Shown here one piece after another: positions 52,248 to 62,670 of a stretch of DNA of 64,000 nucleotides. The translations under genes and the position numbers were made by a program. Below the pieces are notes generated by a model, which saw nothing but the letters and a program-made list of their open reading frames with translations, ran no database searches and was not told where the DNA came from. Every line of letters starts with the position of its first letter. Within the stretch, counting starts at the first letter, position 1. The stretch comes from an uncultured Gemmatimonadaceae bacterium (lineage in GTDB: Bacteria > Gemmatimonadota > Gemmatimonadetes > Gemmatimonadales > Gemmatimonadaceae): contig CAWHHI010000011.1 of NCBI GenBank assembly GCA_963829055.1, positions 320,001-384,000 of the forward strand, in the 5' to 3' direction.

Positions 52248-53292
52248 ATGCTCGCCTTGGCGCAGCTGGCCGTCGACGGCATCATTCCGGCCGTGACTAC
52301 GACCATCGATGCGTCGGCCGCCGTGCGCCGCGCGAATGAATTTCCATCGCTCGCACTCGGCGAGTTCCCGTCGCCGATCGAGGAAGCTCAAGCGGCTTCG
52401 CTCGGCGCTCGGCTCCGGGCGCGCGCATTTTCGCGAAGCGTGACGACGCGATCTCGTTCGGCTTCGGCGGCAACAAGGTTCGAAAGCTTGCCGATCGTCG
52501 CGGCGCAGGCGATCGCTGATGGCGCCGACGCGCTGATCACGGTCGGCGGCGTCCAGTCGAATCACGCGCGCGCGACCGCGGCGACGGCCGCCAAGCTCGG
52601 GCTGCGCTGCCATCTCGATCGCGAACGGAGCGCCGCCCGACAGACTCACGGGAAACGCGTTGCTCGACTGCGCTGCTCGGCGCCGAGGTCGAGTACGTGG
52701 CCGCGCGGACGGATCGCGTGCCGGCGATGCGGCGAGCGGCGGAGCGCATGCGCGCCGCGGGCGGGCATCCGGTCGAGATTCCGCTCGGTGCGTCGACACC
52801 CGACGGGCGCGATCGGATTCGTGCGCGCGGTCGGCGAGATGCTCGCAGCAGGGCGTGCGTCCGGACGTGATCGTGCACGCGACGTCGTCGGGCGGTACGC
52901 AGGCGGGGCTCGTGGCGGGGTGCGCGCTACACGGCCTCTCGACGCGCGTCATCGGCGTGAGCGCGGACGATCCGGCGGCCGACGTCGAGCATCAGGTTCG
53001 CTCGATCATCGCGGGAATGGAAGCGCCTCTCGGCTCTCCACTCGCGGACATCGCGCGCGACGTGCCGATCGAGGTCGACGACACGTTCGTCGGCGACGGC
53101 TATGGCGTGCCGACGCCGGCGTCGATCGAGGCGCAGCGGCTCGCGGCACGGACCGAGGCTTTGTTCGTGGACCACACGTACACGGCGAAGGCGCTTCGCG
53201 GCCCTCGATCGTGCGTACGCGACGGGCGGATGCCTAACGATGCAACGGTGTTGTTCTGGCACACGGGCGGGCAGGTCGGACTGTTCGCGTAA
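52248..53292 (+). CDS. D-cysteine desulfhydrase / ACC deaminase family PLP enzyme, many indels, start uncertain
   Basis: FGGNKVRK, VQSNHARATA, SSGGTQAG, DHTYTAKA, LFWHTGG. Confidence 0.82.
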
Positions 53293-53365
53293 CCGTCAGC
53301 GTGTGATCGCGCGCGGGAGCCGGCGCAGCGGGCAGATGAGGGAGCTTGTCGAGCATCATTGTGGT

Positions 53366-53419
53366 CGGACCGGCTACGATGACATCACAGAAGATCCCTC
53401 GCTGCCGCTCGGGATGACA
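53366..53419. repeat. Right half of the REP/MITE-like element
   Basis: GACCGGCTACGATGAC shared with the 30.2-kb copy, then GATCCCTCGCTGCCGCTCGGGATGACA. Confidence 0.7.
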
Positions 53420-53484
53420 GAGGCACCCAGCGTCACCCAGCCACCAGCACGACCACCCAGCCACCAGCGCTGTTCGTCGTCTCG

Positions 53485-54198
53485 CTACCAGCTTCCGCGT
53501 TCGCCGGCAGCCGCAACCACCGTTGCCAGTCGCTCGGCCGCGTTTCGCCAGTTCGTTTCCACCGCTGCCTGCGCGCCCGGCGCGTTGCCGCCACGAATCG
53601 TCTTGACGATCGCGCGGTGCTCAGCGACGGAACGGTGGAGCTCGGCCGTCGAGCATGCTCACGTACAGACGCTCGTAGCGCTCCGCCTGCGGCTTCACCG
53701 TCGCGTGAAGCGCGAGCACGCGCGGACCGGCAGCCTTCATGTAGCCGCGATGGAATCGCTCGTCGAGCTCGAAGATGCGAGCGTGATCGGGGCGCGCCGC
53801 GGCGGCCGCCGCGCGCGAACGCGTCGTTGATCTCGGTCAGCTGCGGCCGCGACCGCCGAACGCTCGGGCGCGGGAGCCTAACGCGGCCTGCGAAACGCGG
53901 CCAGTCCCTCCAGGGCACCGACGAGCAGGAACAGCTCGCGCGCGTCCTCGCTCGTGAGCGGTGCCACCGTGGGCCGCGTCTGCTGGAGCGTCGGCGAGTC
54001 GACGACGTACCCTTCCTGCTGCAGTCGCTGCAGCGCACCGCGCACCGGCGTGCGACTCACGCCCGAGCCGTGTCGGCGACCTCCGTCTCGACGATGCGCG
54101 TGCCCGGGCGCGAGCCGGCCGTCGATGATCAGCGCGCGCAACCGCTCGTACACTTCCTGCGGTCGGGCGCGCTTGCGCGGGGTGGCCGGTGTGCTCAT
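53485..54198 (-). CDS. GntR/FadR-family regulator (FCD domain), indels
   Basis: VYERLRALIIDGRLAPG, GVSRTPVRGALQRLQQEG, LVGALEGLAA. Confidence 0.85.
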
Positions 54199-54210
54199 TA
54201 TTTGTATCGG

Positions 54211-54226
54211 AATTTGTATACAAATT
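54211..54226. promoter_or_regulatory. Palindromic GntR/FadR-type operator in the divergent promoter
   Basis: Perfect 16-bp palindrome AATTTGTATACAAATT, preceded by a second TTTGTAT half-site. Confidence 0.8.
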
Positions 54227-54282
54227 TCGCCTATTTACCAACCGCCCGACCCGCAGTGCAAGAGTCTTCGCTCGCCCACGCC

Positions 54283-55121
54283 GTGACGTCGGAGCCGACG
54301 GCATCGTTCTCCGCCCGCTCACCATCGCATCGCCGAGTACGACGAGGCCGTCACGCTCCAGGACGAGATCTGGGGCGCGGGGTTCAGCGACCGCGTGCCG
54401 GCATCCATCCTCCGCGTCGGCCAGAAGGTCGGCGGCGTCACCGCCGCTGCGTTCGACGCCGAACGGTCGCATGCTCGGTTTCGTGTTCGGGCTCACCGGC
54501 GTGCGCGACGGTCGTCTGGTCCACTGGTCCGACATGCTCGCCGTCCGCGAGGATGCGCGCGGCAAGCAGCTCGGCGAGAGACTCAAGCATTACCAGCGCG
54601 AGGTCGTGCGCGCCGTCGGCGTGCGAGACGATGTTCTGGACGTTCGATCCGCTCGTCGCGCGGAACGCACACTTCAACCTGAATCGACTCGGCGCGCGCA
54701 TCGCCGAGTACATCCCGAACTTCTACGGCTCGAACACCGGCAGCATCCTGCACGGCGCACTGCCCACAGACCGCTTCGTCGCCGAATGGGAGATCACGCC
54801 CGCGGGTCGCGAACCGGCCGAACGCGGCCAGCGCGACCGCGAACGCCGCCGACGACATCGCGCGAACCACGGTCGTCGAGAACGGACGAGTCCGCGGCGA
54901 TCGATCCACTGCCGACGCGGCGACGGTGCCGGTGCCCATCCCACGCGACATCGAGCCCTGCTCGCTCCGAGCCGGACACGGCACTCGCGTGGCGCCTCGC
55001 GACGCGCGAGGCCATCATGCACTATCTCGCGCTCGGCTATCGGTGACCGCGTTCCACCGTGGCATCGAGCACGAGCTACCCGCCTACGAACTCACGCACT
55101 CCCCTTCCCGACCACGCATGA
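54283..55121 (+). CDS. GNAT acyltransferase, putative D-amino acid N-succinyltransferase, indels
   Basis: LGFVFG..HWSDMLAV, WTFDPLVARNAHFNLNRLGA, PNFYG, LPTDRFVAEW; upstream of NSAR/OSBS. Confidence 0.75.
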
Positions 55122-56248
55122 TCACTCTCAGCAAGATCCGACTGCGCGAGATTCGTCTCCCGCTTCAAGGAGCCGTTTCGCATCTCGTCCGGCGTCATCT
55201 CCGATCGTCGCATCCTGCTGCTCGAGCTGACCGACGTGAACGGCGTCACGGCGTGGAGCGAGTGCGTCGCCGGCGAGTCGCCGAACTACACGCCCGAGAC
55301 GATCGACACGGCGTGGATCGCGATCACGAAGTGGGTCGCGCCGCGCGTGCTCGGCACGGCGTTCGCAGCAGCCGGGCGACGTCCACGCCGCGCTGGACAA
55401 GGACTTCCGCGGCCACAACATGGCGAAGGCCGGCGTCGAGATGGGCATCTGGGGGCTCGCCGCCGACGGCGGCGGGACTGCCGCTCTGCCGGATGCATCG
55501 GCGGCACCCGCACGTCCATCGCCACCGGCATCTCGCTCGGCATCGAGAAGTCCCCGGCAGCGCTCGTCGCCAAGGCGCGCGCCGCGGTCGCCGGAGGGCT
55601 ATCGCAAGGTCAAGATCAAGATCATGCCGGGATCCGACGTCGAGTTCGTGCGCGCGGCGCGCGAGGAGCTCGGGCCGTCGGCGCCGCTCATGGCCGACGC
55701 GAACAACGCCTACACGCTCGACGACATCGATCAGCTCGCGGAGCTCGACACGCTCGACCTGATGATGATCGAGCAGCCGCTCGCCTGGGACGACATCGTT
55801 CGCCACGCGCGAGCTGCAGCAGCGCCTCGAGACGCCGGTCTGTCTCGACGAGTCGATCACGTCGCTCGACCGCGCGATCGACATGCACACGTTAGGCAGC
55901 GGCCGCATCATCAACATCAAGCCGGGCCGCGTCGGCGGCTTCGGACCGTCCATCGCCATTCACGACTTCTGCGAGCAGCACGGGATTCCGGTCTGGTGCG
56001 GCGGCATGTTCGAGAGCGGCGTCGGCCGCGCGTACAATGTCGCGCTCGCGTCGCTCCCCAACTTCACCAAGCCTGGCGACGTGTCGCCGAGCGCGCGCTA
56101 CTGGGAGCGCGACATCGTGACGCCGGAGTGGACGATGGACGCGCGGGAATGGTCAAGGTGCCGCTCGATCGCCCCGGGATCGGCGTCGACCGTCGACGTC
56201 GATCGCGTGGACAATCTGACGGTACGCAGCGACGTGATCTGGACGTGA
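55118..56248 (+). CDS. menC: NSAR/OSBS enolase-superfamily enzyme (N-succinylamino acid racemase / o-succinylbenzoate synthase), indels
   Basis: [59 protein letters not shown]. Confidence 0.85.
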
Positions 56249-56295
56249 GTAACTCGTGTCGGTGCTGCTCCCTGCCCTGCGGTCGCTGTTCACGT

Positions 56296-57471
56296 GATGC
56301 CGACGTCACAGCGTCCTCGTCGAGCTGCGGCGCGATCTTCATCGAGCACCCGAGCTGTCGTGGAAGGAGCAGCGGACCGCGGCCCGGCTCGCCGAAGTCG
56401 TCACCGCGCTCGGCGCGGTCGAGCGTTCACGCGCGTCGCCGGCACGGGCGTCGTCGCGCGGTTCGCCGGCCGCGACCGCTCGCGCGCCGATCGTCGCCGT
56501 TCGCGGCGACATCGACGCGCTGCCGATCGAGGAGGCGACGGGACTCCCGTTCGCGTCCACGTCGCCCGGCGTCATGCACGCGTGCGGCCACGACATTCAC
56601 AGCACGTGGGCGATCGGCGCCGCGCTGCTGCTCGCGCGCAATCCGGCCGCCGGCGACGTGCTCGTCGTGCTGCAGCCGGCCGAGGAAGTTGGGCGAAGGC
56701 GCGAAGGCCATTCTCGACACCGGCGCGCTCGACGACGTGAAGGCCATCTTCGGCGGACACGTCGATCGTCGGTTCGCGGTCGGACAGGTCGTCGCGGACG
56801 CGGGACCGCTCGCCGCATCCGCCGACACGTTCGAGATCGAGCTGATCGGCAAAGGAGCACACGGTGCGCGGCCGCACGAATCCGCCGATCCCATCGTCGG
56901 CGCGGCGGCGCTCATCTCGGCGCTGCAGACCATCGTCGCTCGACGCATCGATCCGGCCGCCGCGGCCGTCGTGACGGTTGGCTCCATTCATTCGGGGACG
57001 GCGTCCGAACATCATCCCCGAGCGCGCCGTGCTCACCGGCACGCTCCGCGCGACCACTCCGGAAACGCGAGCGGCGATCGGCAACGAAGTGCGACGCATC
57101 GCCGAGTCCGTGGCGGAGGCGTATCGTCTCACGGCGCGCGCCACGGTGCACCTCGGCACGCCACCCATCGTGAACCCGCCTCGCGCGTCGCAGTGGGCGC
57201 GTCAGGCAGCGGCGGCGGTGCTCGGCGACGCCGCGGTCGTGCCGTTCGGCCTCACGAACATGGGCGGCGAGGACTTCGCGTTCTACCTCGAGCGCATCCC
57301 GGGGTGCTTCATGCGCGATCGGCGCGCGCGAGGAAGGCGGCGAGCGTACTCGCCGCGCACTCGCCGCGGTTCACCGCGGCGGAGGAGAGCATCTTCGTGG
57401 GCGCCGCCGTGCTCGCGGAATCGGCGCGCGTCGCGTCAGCGACGCTGCAGGCGGAGCGCGGCGGCGCCTAA
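56296..57471 (+). CDS. M20D amidohydrolase, putative L-desuccinylase, indels
   Basis: RGDIDALPI, MHACGHD, QPAEE, GAHGARPH, GGEDFAFY, HSPRF. Confidence 0.85.
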   Translation, partial: DADVTASSSSCGAIFIEHPSCRGRSSGPRPGSPKSSPRSARSSVHARRRHGRRRAVRRPRPLARRSSPFAATSTRCRSRRRRDSRSRPRRPASCTRAATTFTARGRSAPRCCSRAIRPPATCSSCCSRPRKLGEGAKAILDTGALDDVKAIFGGHVDRRFAVGQVVADAGPLAASADTFEIELIGKGAHGARPHESADPIVGAAALISALQTIVARRIDPAAAAVVTVGSIHSGTASEHHPRARRAHRHAPRDHSGNASGDRQRSATHRRVRGGGVSSHGARHGAPRHATHREPASRVAVGASGSGGGARRRRGRAVRPHEHGRRGLRVLPRAHPGVLHARSARARKAASVLAAHSPRFTAAEESIFVGAAVLAESARVASATLQAERGGA

Positions 57472-57499
57472 CGCGCCGGCCGCCAGCGCGCGGCGTCTC

Positions 57500-60260
57500 G
57501 CCGCACGGCGTCGAGCAGCGCCTGCGGAAGGACCAGGTTCACCGGCTTCCCGCCACCTGTTCCGGTAACCTCGACGGAATACGCGCCTGTCTTCGCGAAG
57601 TCGTCCAGGCGGAATACGCAGCAGGCGCTCGTCACGGACCGGGCGCTTCTTGTCCTGGTAGTCCTTCGGATTCACCACGCCGACGAACCGCGCCGAGTCG
57701 AGCGCGATGATCTGCTGGCCGTCACGAACCAGCTCGCGCCGAGCGGATGTCGCTCTTGTCCGACTTGGAGTCGCTGAGCTCAGGGAACCGCTTGTACCGA
57801 AGTTCCGGGAACACCATCGGGCACGACGCTCAGCACGATGACCGGACGCCGCTCGCTGATGGTCGGCCGGAAGCCCGACCACGCCTGGATCGGATCCATC
57901 AGCTCGTACGGATACTTGTTGAGCTGGAACGGCGAATCCCAGTAGGCCTTCGTGCGAGCGATCGTCGAGTCCCGCCAGGCGATGACAGGCGGCGTCATCG
58001 ACCAGCACGCGATAGCCCTGTCCACCGGCACGGTACGGCGCGAGGTCGAACGTGTCCTTGCGGCTCGCCTCACGAAGGGCGTCGGCCGGATACGCGGGCG
58101 ACGGCCACGCCGGAAGCAGCGTCGCGCTCGGCGCCGTGAATCCGTCACGGCCGACGCGCGTCTTCGCGGCACGAACCGCGGCGTCGATGGCCGACGCCAT
58201 CGCGAACGTCGATTGCCCGCCCTTCTGCGTGGCGAGCGCGATCGACCGACGATCGCCGCCGAGACGATCGGACGACCCGCGTCGGCACGCGTGACGCTGA
58301 GCGCCGGCCGCGCCTTGCCATCGTCGCCTGCCTTGGCGGTGCCTCGGCGCGACAGCGGACCGGCGAGCACCGAGCCTAACGCGAGCGACCGAGTCGCCAC
58401 TCTTGACCGCCGATTCACCGCCGACGGCGAGCACGCGGTAGCCCGACCACGGCTGCAGGGCGACGGCGAGCACCGCCACTCCCGCGGTCCGCGATCAGCC
58501 GATGCGACGCGACCACGAAGGCGAGTCGATGCCGTCGATCTGCACGTCGACGAGGCTGTCCCTCGGCACGAGCGACGTCGACGTGACGATGAACCCCGCG
58601 CCGCTCGCCGTGTCAGCGAGGAAGCCAGTGCCGCGCCCCTCCGATGACAACACGCCGACGACGCCGTTCCGCATGCGCGTGACGGCGGAGTCGAGGGCCA
58701 ACCCACCGGTCGGAGTGGCAGGTGCAGCGGCAGGGGTCGAATCCGATGACCGGCGCGGCCACGGGCACAGGCGCCGCAACGGCAGTGTCGGTCTTCGGCC
58801 GGGCGCTGTCCACGGCAACTGGCGGGGCGATCGCGACCGGTTCGGCCGTCGTCGGCTTCGAATCTCCTGGTCTGAGGACGAACGCCGCTCCAGCAATGGC
58901 GACGACCGCGCCGCCAATGACCAGTGGAAGGCGGCTCTTCGACTTGCGCTTCGTGGTCGCGACGGGCATCGCGAGCGTCGACTCGTCGCTGTACGCGCCA
59001 CCCGACCCGGTGGCGGCGCCCACGGCGCCCGTCGGCGTATCCGTCGCGCTCGTGAAACGCGCGCCGGCACCCGACAGAACGGGGATGGACTCGGGAGGGC
59101 TGCTCGCCCGACGGCGAGACCGCGACGGCGGAACCCTCCTCGGACCACTCGACATCAGCAGCGGTCGCGTCGGATGGCGTATTCGTGCCGCCGCCGATCG
59201 TGACATCCATGGTCGGCACGCCACGCGCGGGCGTGAAGACGCGCGGCGGAGTCAATCGCCGCGAGGCGATGGCGCTGAGGTAGTGCTCCTCGGTCGTCGT
59301 GACCGGAAGCTCGGCCACCGCTTCGGTGAAGTCGCGCGCGAAATCCAGCACGTCCGCGTAGCGCTGTGCCGGATCGGCGGCAAGTGCCTTGTCGAACACC
59401 GCCTGCAGCGAAGCGGGCCACGCGACGTCCGCCTTCACCAGCGACAGGCGACGCGGCGGCTGCGTGAGACGAGCGAGCAGGTGGTCGGTCGTCGTCCCGG
59501 AACCGAACGCGTGGGTTCCGGTGAGCACGTGGTAGCCGACGAGCGCGAGCGAGTAGATGTCGGTCCGCGCGTCGAGCACGTCGCCGGCAAACTGCTCGGG
59601 GCTCATGTACTCGGGCGTTCCGACCGCGATCCCGGTGGACGTGAGCTGCTGCGATTCCTTGGACATCACGCGCGCGATGCCGAAGTCCACGATCTTCACG
59701 TGGTCGGTGCCGGCGCGCGACTTCGCGATCATGATGTTGTCCGGCTTCAGATCGCGGTGCAGGATGCCGAGGCCGTGCGCGGCGCTGAGCGCGTCCGCGG
59801 TCTGGGAGATGATGTCCGCCGCGCGAACCGGGATGAGCGAGCTTTCCTGCTCGAGGGTCCGCGACAGTGACTCGCCGTCGATGAACTCCATCGCGAGGTA
59901 GATCAGCCCATTGGCGGTCTCGCCGAAGTCGTAGACGGCGCAGACGTTCGGGTGCGAGATCTGGCTCGCGTTCTCCGCTTCGCGGTTGAATCGGACGACC
60001 GCGACCGGGTCGCTCATGAGCTGCGGGCGCATGACTTTGACGGCGCACCGCCGCTTCATGCGGACGTGTTCCGCCAGGAAGACCTGACCCATGCCGCCGT
60101 CGCCAAGCTTCGAGACGACCCGATACCGGTCCGCGATGATCGACCCGACGAGATCCGTCGAGTTCTGCGCCTGAATCAGGGCGGCGCCATCGAGGAAGCA
60201 GAACATGTGGTCTGCCTCGTAGCGCGTGCCGCACTGCGGACAGACTTTTTCGCTCGGCAC
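57500..60260 (-). CDS. Hanks-type Ser/Thr kinase with N-terminal Zn-ribbon, TM and a degenerate trypsin-like extracellular region; 3' end uncertain
   Basis: CPQC..CFLDG, LGDGGMG, AVKV, HRDLKPDN, DFGIAR, GTPEYMSPE; TM LVIGGAVVAIAGAAFVL and GTGFL in other frames. Confidence 0.85.
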
Positions 60261-60554
60261 GAAAGCTCCCCCGGGCTCTATCACAACGACGTCGCTGTGC
60301 GCACGTCAGCACCCCTCCGGGAACAGTATTGCCCGTCGGGGTCGTTACGACGCTCAATGTAGGGTTGAACGGCGACCGGTCAACCTCCCACGTCGAGCAC
60401 TCCTGTCTCGACTTTCCTGATCGGCGGAAGTCACGAATCAGGCAGCGAGTCAGAAACGACCGGCCCGTGAGAAACGAGCGTTGGTACGCAGGCGTCATCC
60501 TGGGGCGCACGCATTTCGCGACGGCGCCTTCCCGACACCAGTTCATACTCGCTC

Positions 60555-62297
60555 ATGCCCCCTCGATCGCGCGCGGCGCTCTACATCGCGATCCTTGCAC
60601 TGGCGGTTGCCGCGTCGGCGACGAGCGTCGCGAACGGCTTCGCGCTCGACGATGTCCCGTTGGTGGCCGACAATGCGACCATCCATACGCTGCACGGGTG
60701 GTGGGGGCTGTTCACAAGGCCGTACTGGCCACCGCAATACGGGGCGTCGCTTTACCGGCCGTTCGTGATGCTGGGTTTCGCCGTGCAGTGGGCCGTCGGC
60801 AACGGATCGCCATTTGTTTTTCATCTGACGAGCATCGCGCTGTACGCGCTGGCGAGCGCGCTCGTCCTGGCGCTCTTTCTCCTTCTTCTGCCGCCGGCGC
60901 CAGCACTGATCGCCGCCGCACTGTTCGCCGTGCACCCGGTTCACGTAGAGGCGGTGGCGAATGTCGTTGGACAGACCGAGCTCGTGGCCGCGGTCGCTGC
61001 GCTCGGAGCGGCAATACTCTACGTGCGCCGCCGCCGGTCCGGCACGCTCGGTCCTCGTTCCGTCGTGCTCATCGCGATGCTGTTTGCGATCGCCTGCCTC
61101 TCGAAGGAGAGCGGGGTTCTTCTGCCCGCCGTCCTCGTGGCGTTGGAATTGTTCGCGGTGGCGCAGGACGGAGACAGCTGGCGTGACCGCCTGCGACGGC
61201 GCGTGGGGGCCCTCGCACCGCTCTTCATCACGCTCGCGCGTGGTCGGCGCGAGCTACCTCGTCGCCCGCACCCTGGTTGACGGTGACGTCCTTGGCGAAA
61301 AGGACGTCGTGCCGCTTCACGGGTTCGAGCCGGCTGTGGATGATGCTCGCGGTCGCGCCGCACTGGGTCCGGCTGCTGGCCTGGCCGGCCCACCTCTCCG
61401 CCGACTACAGCCCACAGGAGATCCCCGTCCCGTCTGGCGTCGGCGCCGAGATCATCCTGGGGGCGCTCGTCATCGGCACGGCGTCGCCTGGTGTTTCTGG
61501 CGTTAGGCAGGACCGACGAGGCGCAACGCGACGAGCGGTCCGTCGCGCGACTCGGATTCGCGTGGGCTGCGATCGGCATCCTGCCTGTCAGCAACCTGTT
61601 CTCGGTCATGGTCCTTGGCGAGCGCACGCTGCTTACGCCGAGCATCGGCGCGATGCTGCTGGTCGGCGCCGCGACATCGGCACTCTGGCGTCGCTCGCGC
61701 GGACAGCCTCACGGTGCGCTGATGCGTGGCGGACTCATGACGGTTGCGGCATCGCTTGTCGTGGTGGGGGCGATCAGGAGCCGCGATCGACAGCGCGTGT
61801 GGCATACCAGCGCGACGCTCGTCGCGCAGACGATCGTGGACGCCCCGCGGAGCTATCGAGCGCAGTTCTTCTACGGTCAACTGATGTTCGACCAAGGCAA
61901 GCGCGCCGAGGGGGAGCGTCATCTGCGTCTCGCGATCGCGCTCAACCCGACGCCCGCCGATGTCTCGCCGCTCAACTACCTCGCGACGGAGTACCGAGAC
62001 GCGGGGATGTGCCCGCAGGCGTTGCCGCTGTACGAGCGCGCGCTCGCGAACGACGCCGAGCGGCCGGACGTTCGCTACGGGCTCGCGGCGTGTCTGCTCG
62101 CTGTCGGTCGCGTCGACGACGCACGACGGCTCGCCCGTGACGGGGTACGGCGCGGCGACCTCAAGGCGCTGTTCCTCGACCTGATCGCGCGAAGCGACAG
62201 CGTCCCTCCGCACGCCCCAGCCCTCGCAGTAGCGGCCGGTCCCCAGCTGGCACTCACGGCGTCCACCGCGCCGTTGACAAAGCGGCTGCGCGAGTGA
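60555..62297 (+). CDS. TMTC/DUF1736-like GT-C membrane glycosyltransferase with C-terminal TPRs, frameshifts near 61240 and 61490
   Basis: FALDD, LYRP, HPVHVEAVANVVGQTEL, SKE, LSADYS, GERTLL; TPR tail. Confidence 0.78.
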
Positions 62298-62316
62298 ACT
62301 CTACCTATGTAGAGTT
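62297..62316. promoter_or_regulatory. Palindromic operator upstream of PadR, probably autoregulatory
   Basis: AACTCTAC-CTAT-GTAGAGTT perfect 8-bp inverted repeat; TTGACA at 62274-62279. Confidence 0.7.
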
Positions 62317-62340
62317 TTACATAGCCACCTCGGAGCCTAC

Positions 62341-62670
62341 GTGCCACGCGCGCCTCGCCTCACGCTTCCCACCGCCATGGTGCTGATGGCGGTCTCTCGA
62401 AATTATCGCTACGGGTTCGACATCTCCGACGCGACAGGATTGCCGAGCGGCACCGTGTATCCGGTGCTCCGCCGGCTCGAGGAGGCGGGTCTGCTGCGCT
62501 CGCGTTGGGAGGCGGTGGAGTCCGCGCGCGCCGAACAGCGTCCGCCGCGGCGCTACTACACGGTCACCGCGTCAGGCGGTCAAGCCGTTCGCGACGCGAT
62601 CGATCGATATCCGACGCTCGAGCGCGCGCTCGACCGTCCAGCGTCGTCACCCGAGCCGCGTCCGGCGTGA
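62341..62670 (+). CDS. PadR-family transcriptional regulator
   Basis: YGFDISDATGLPSGTVYPVLRRLEEAG..WE..RPPRRYY. Confidence 0.9.
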   Translation: MPRAPRLTLPTAMVLMAVSRNYRYGFDISDATGLPSGTVYPVLRRLEEAGLLRSRWEAVESARAEQRPPRRYYTVTASGGQAVRDAIDRYPTLERALDRPASSPEPRPA

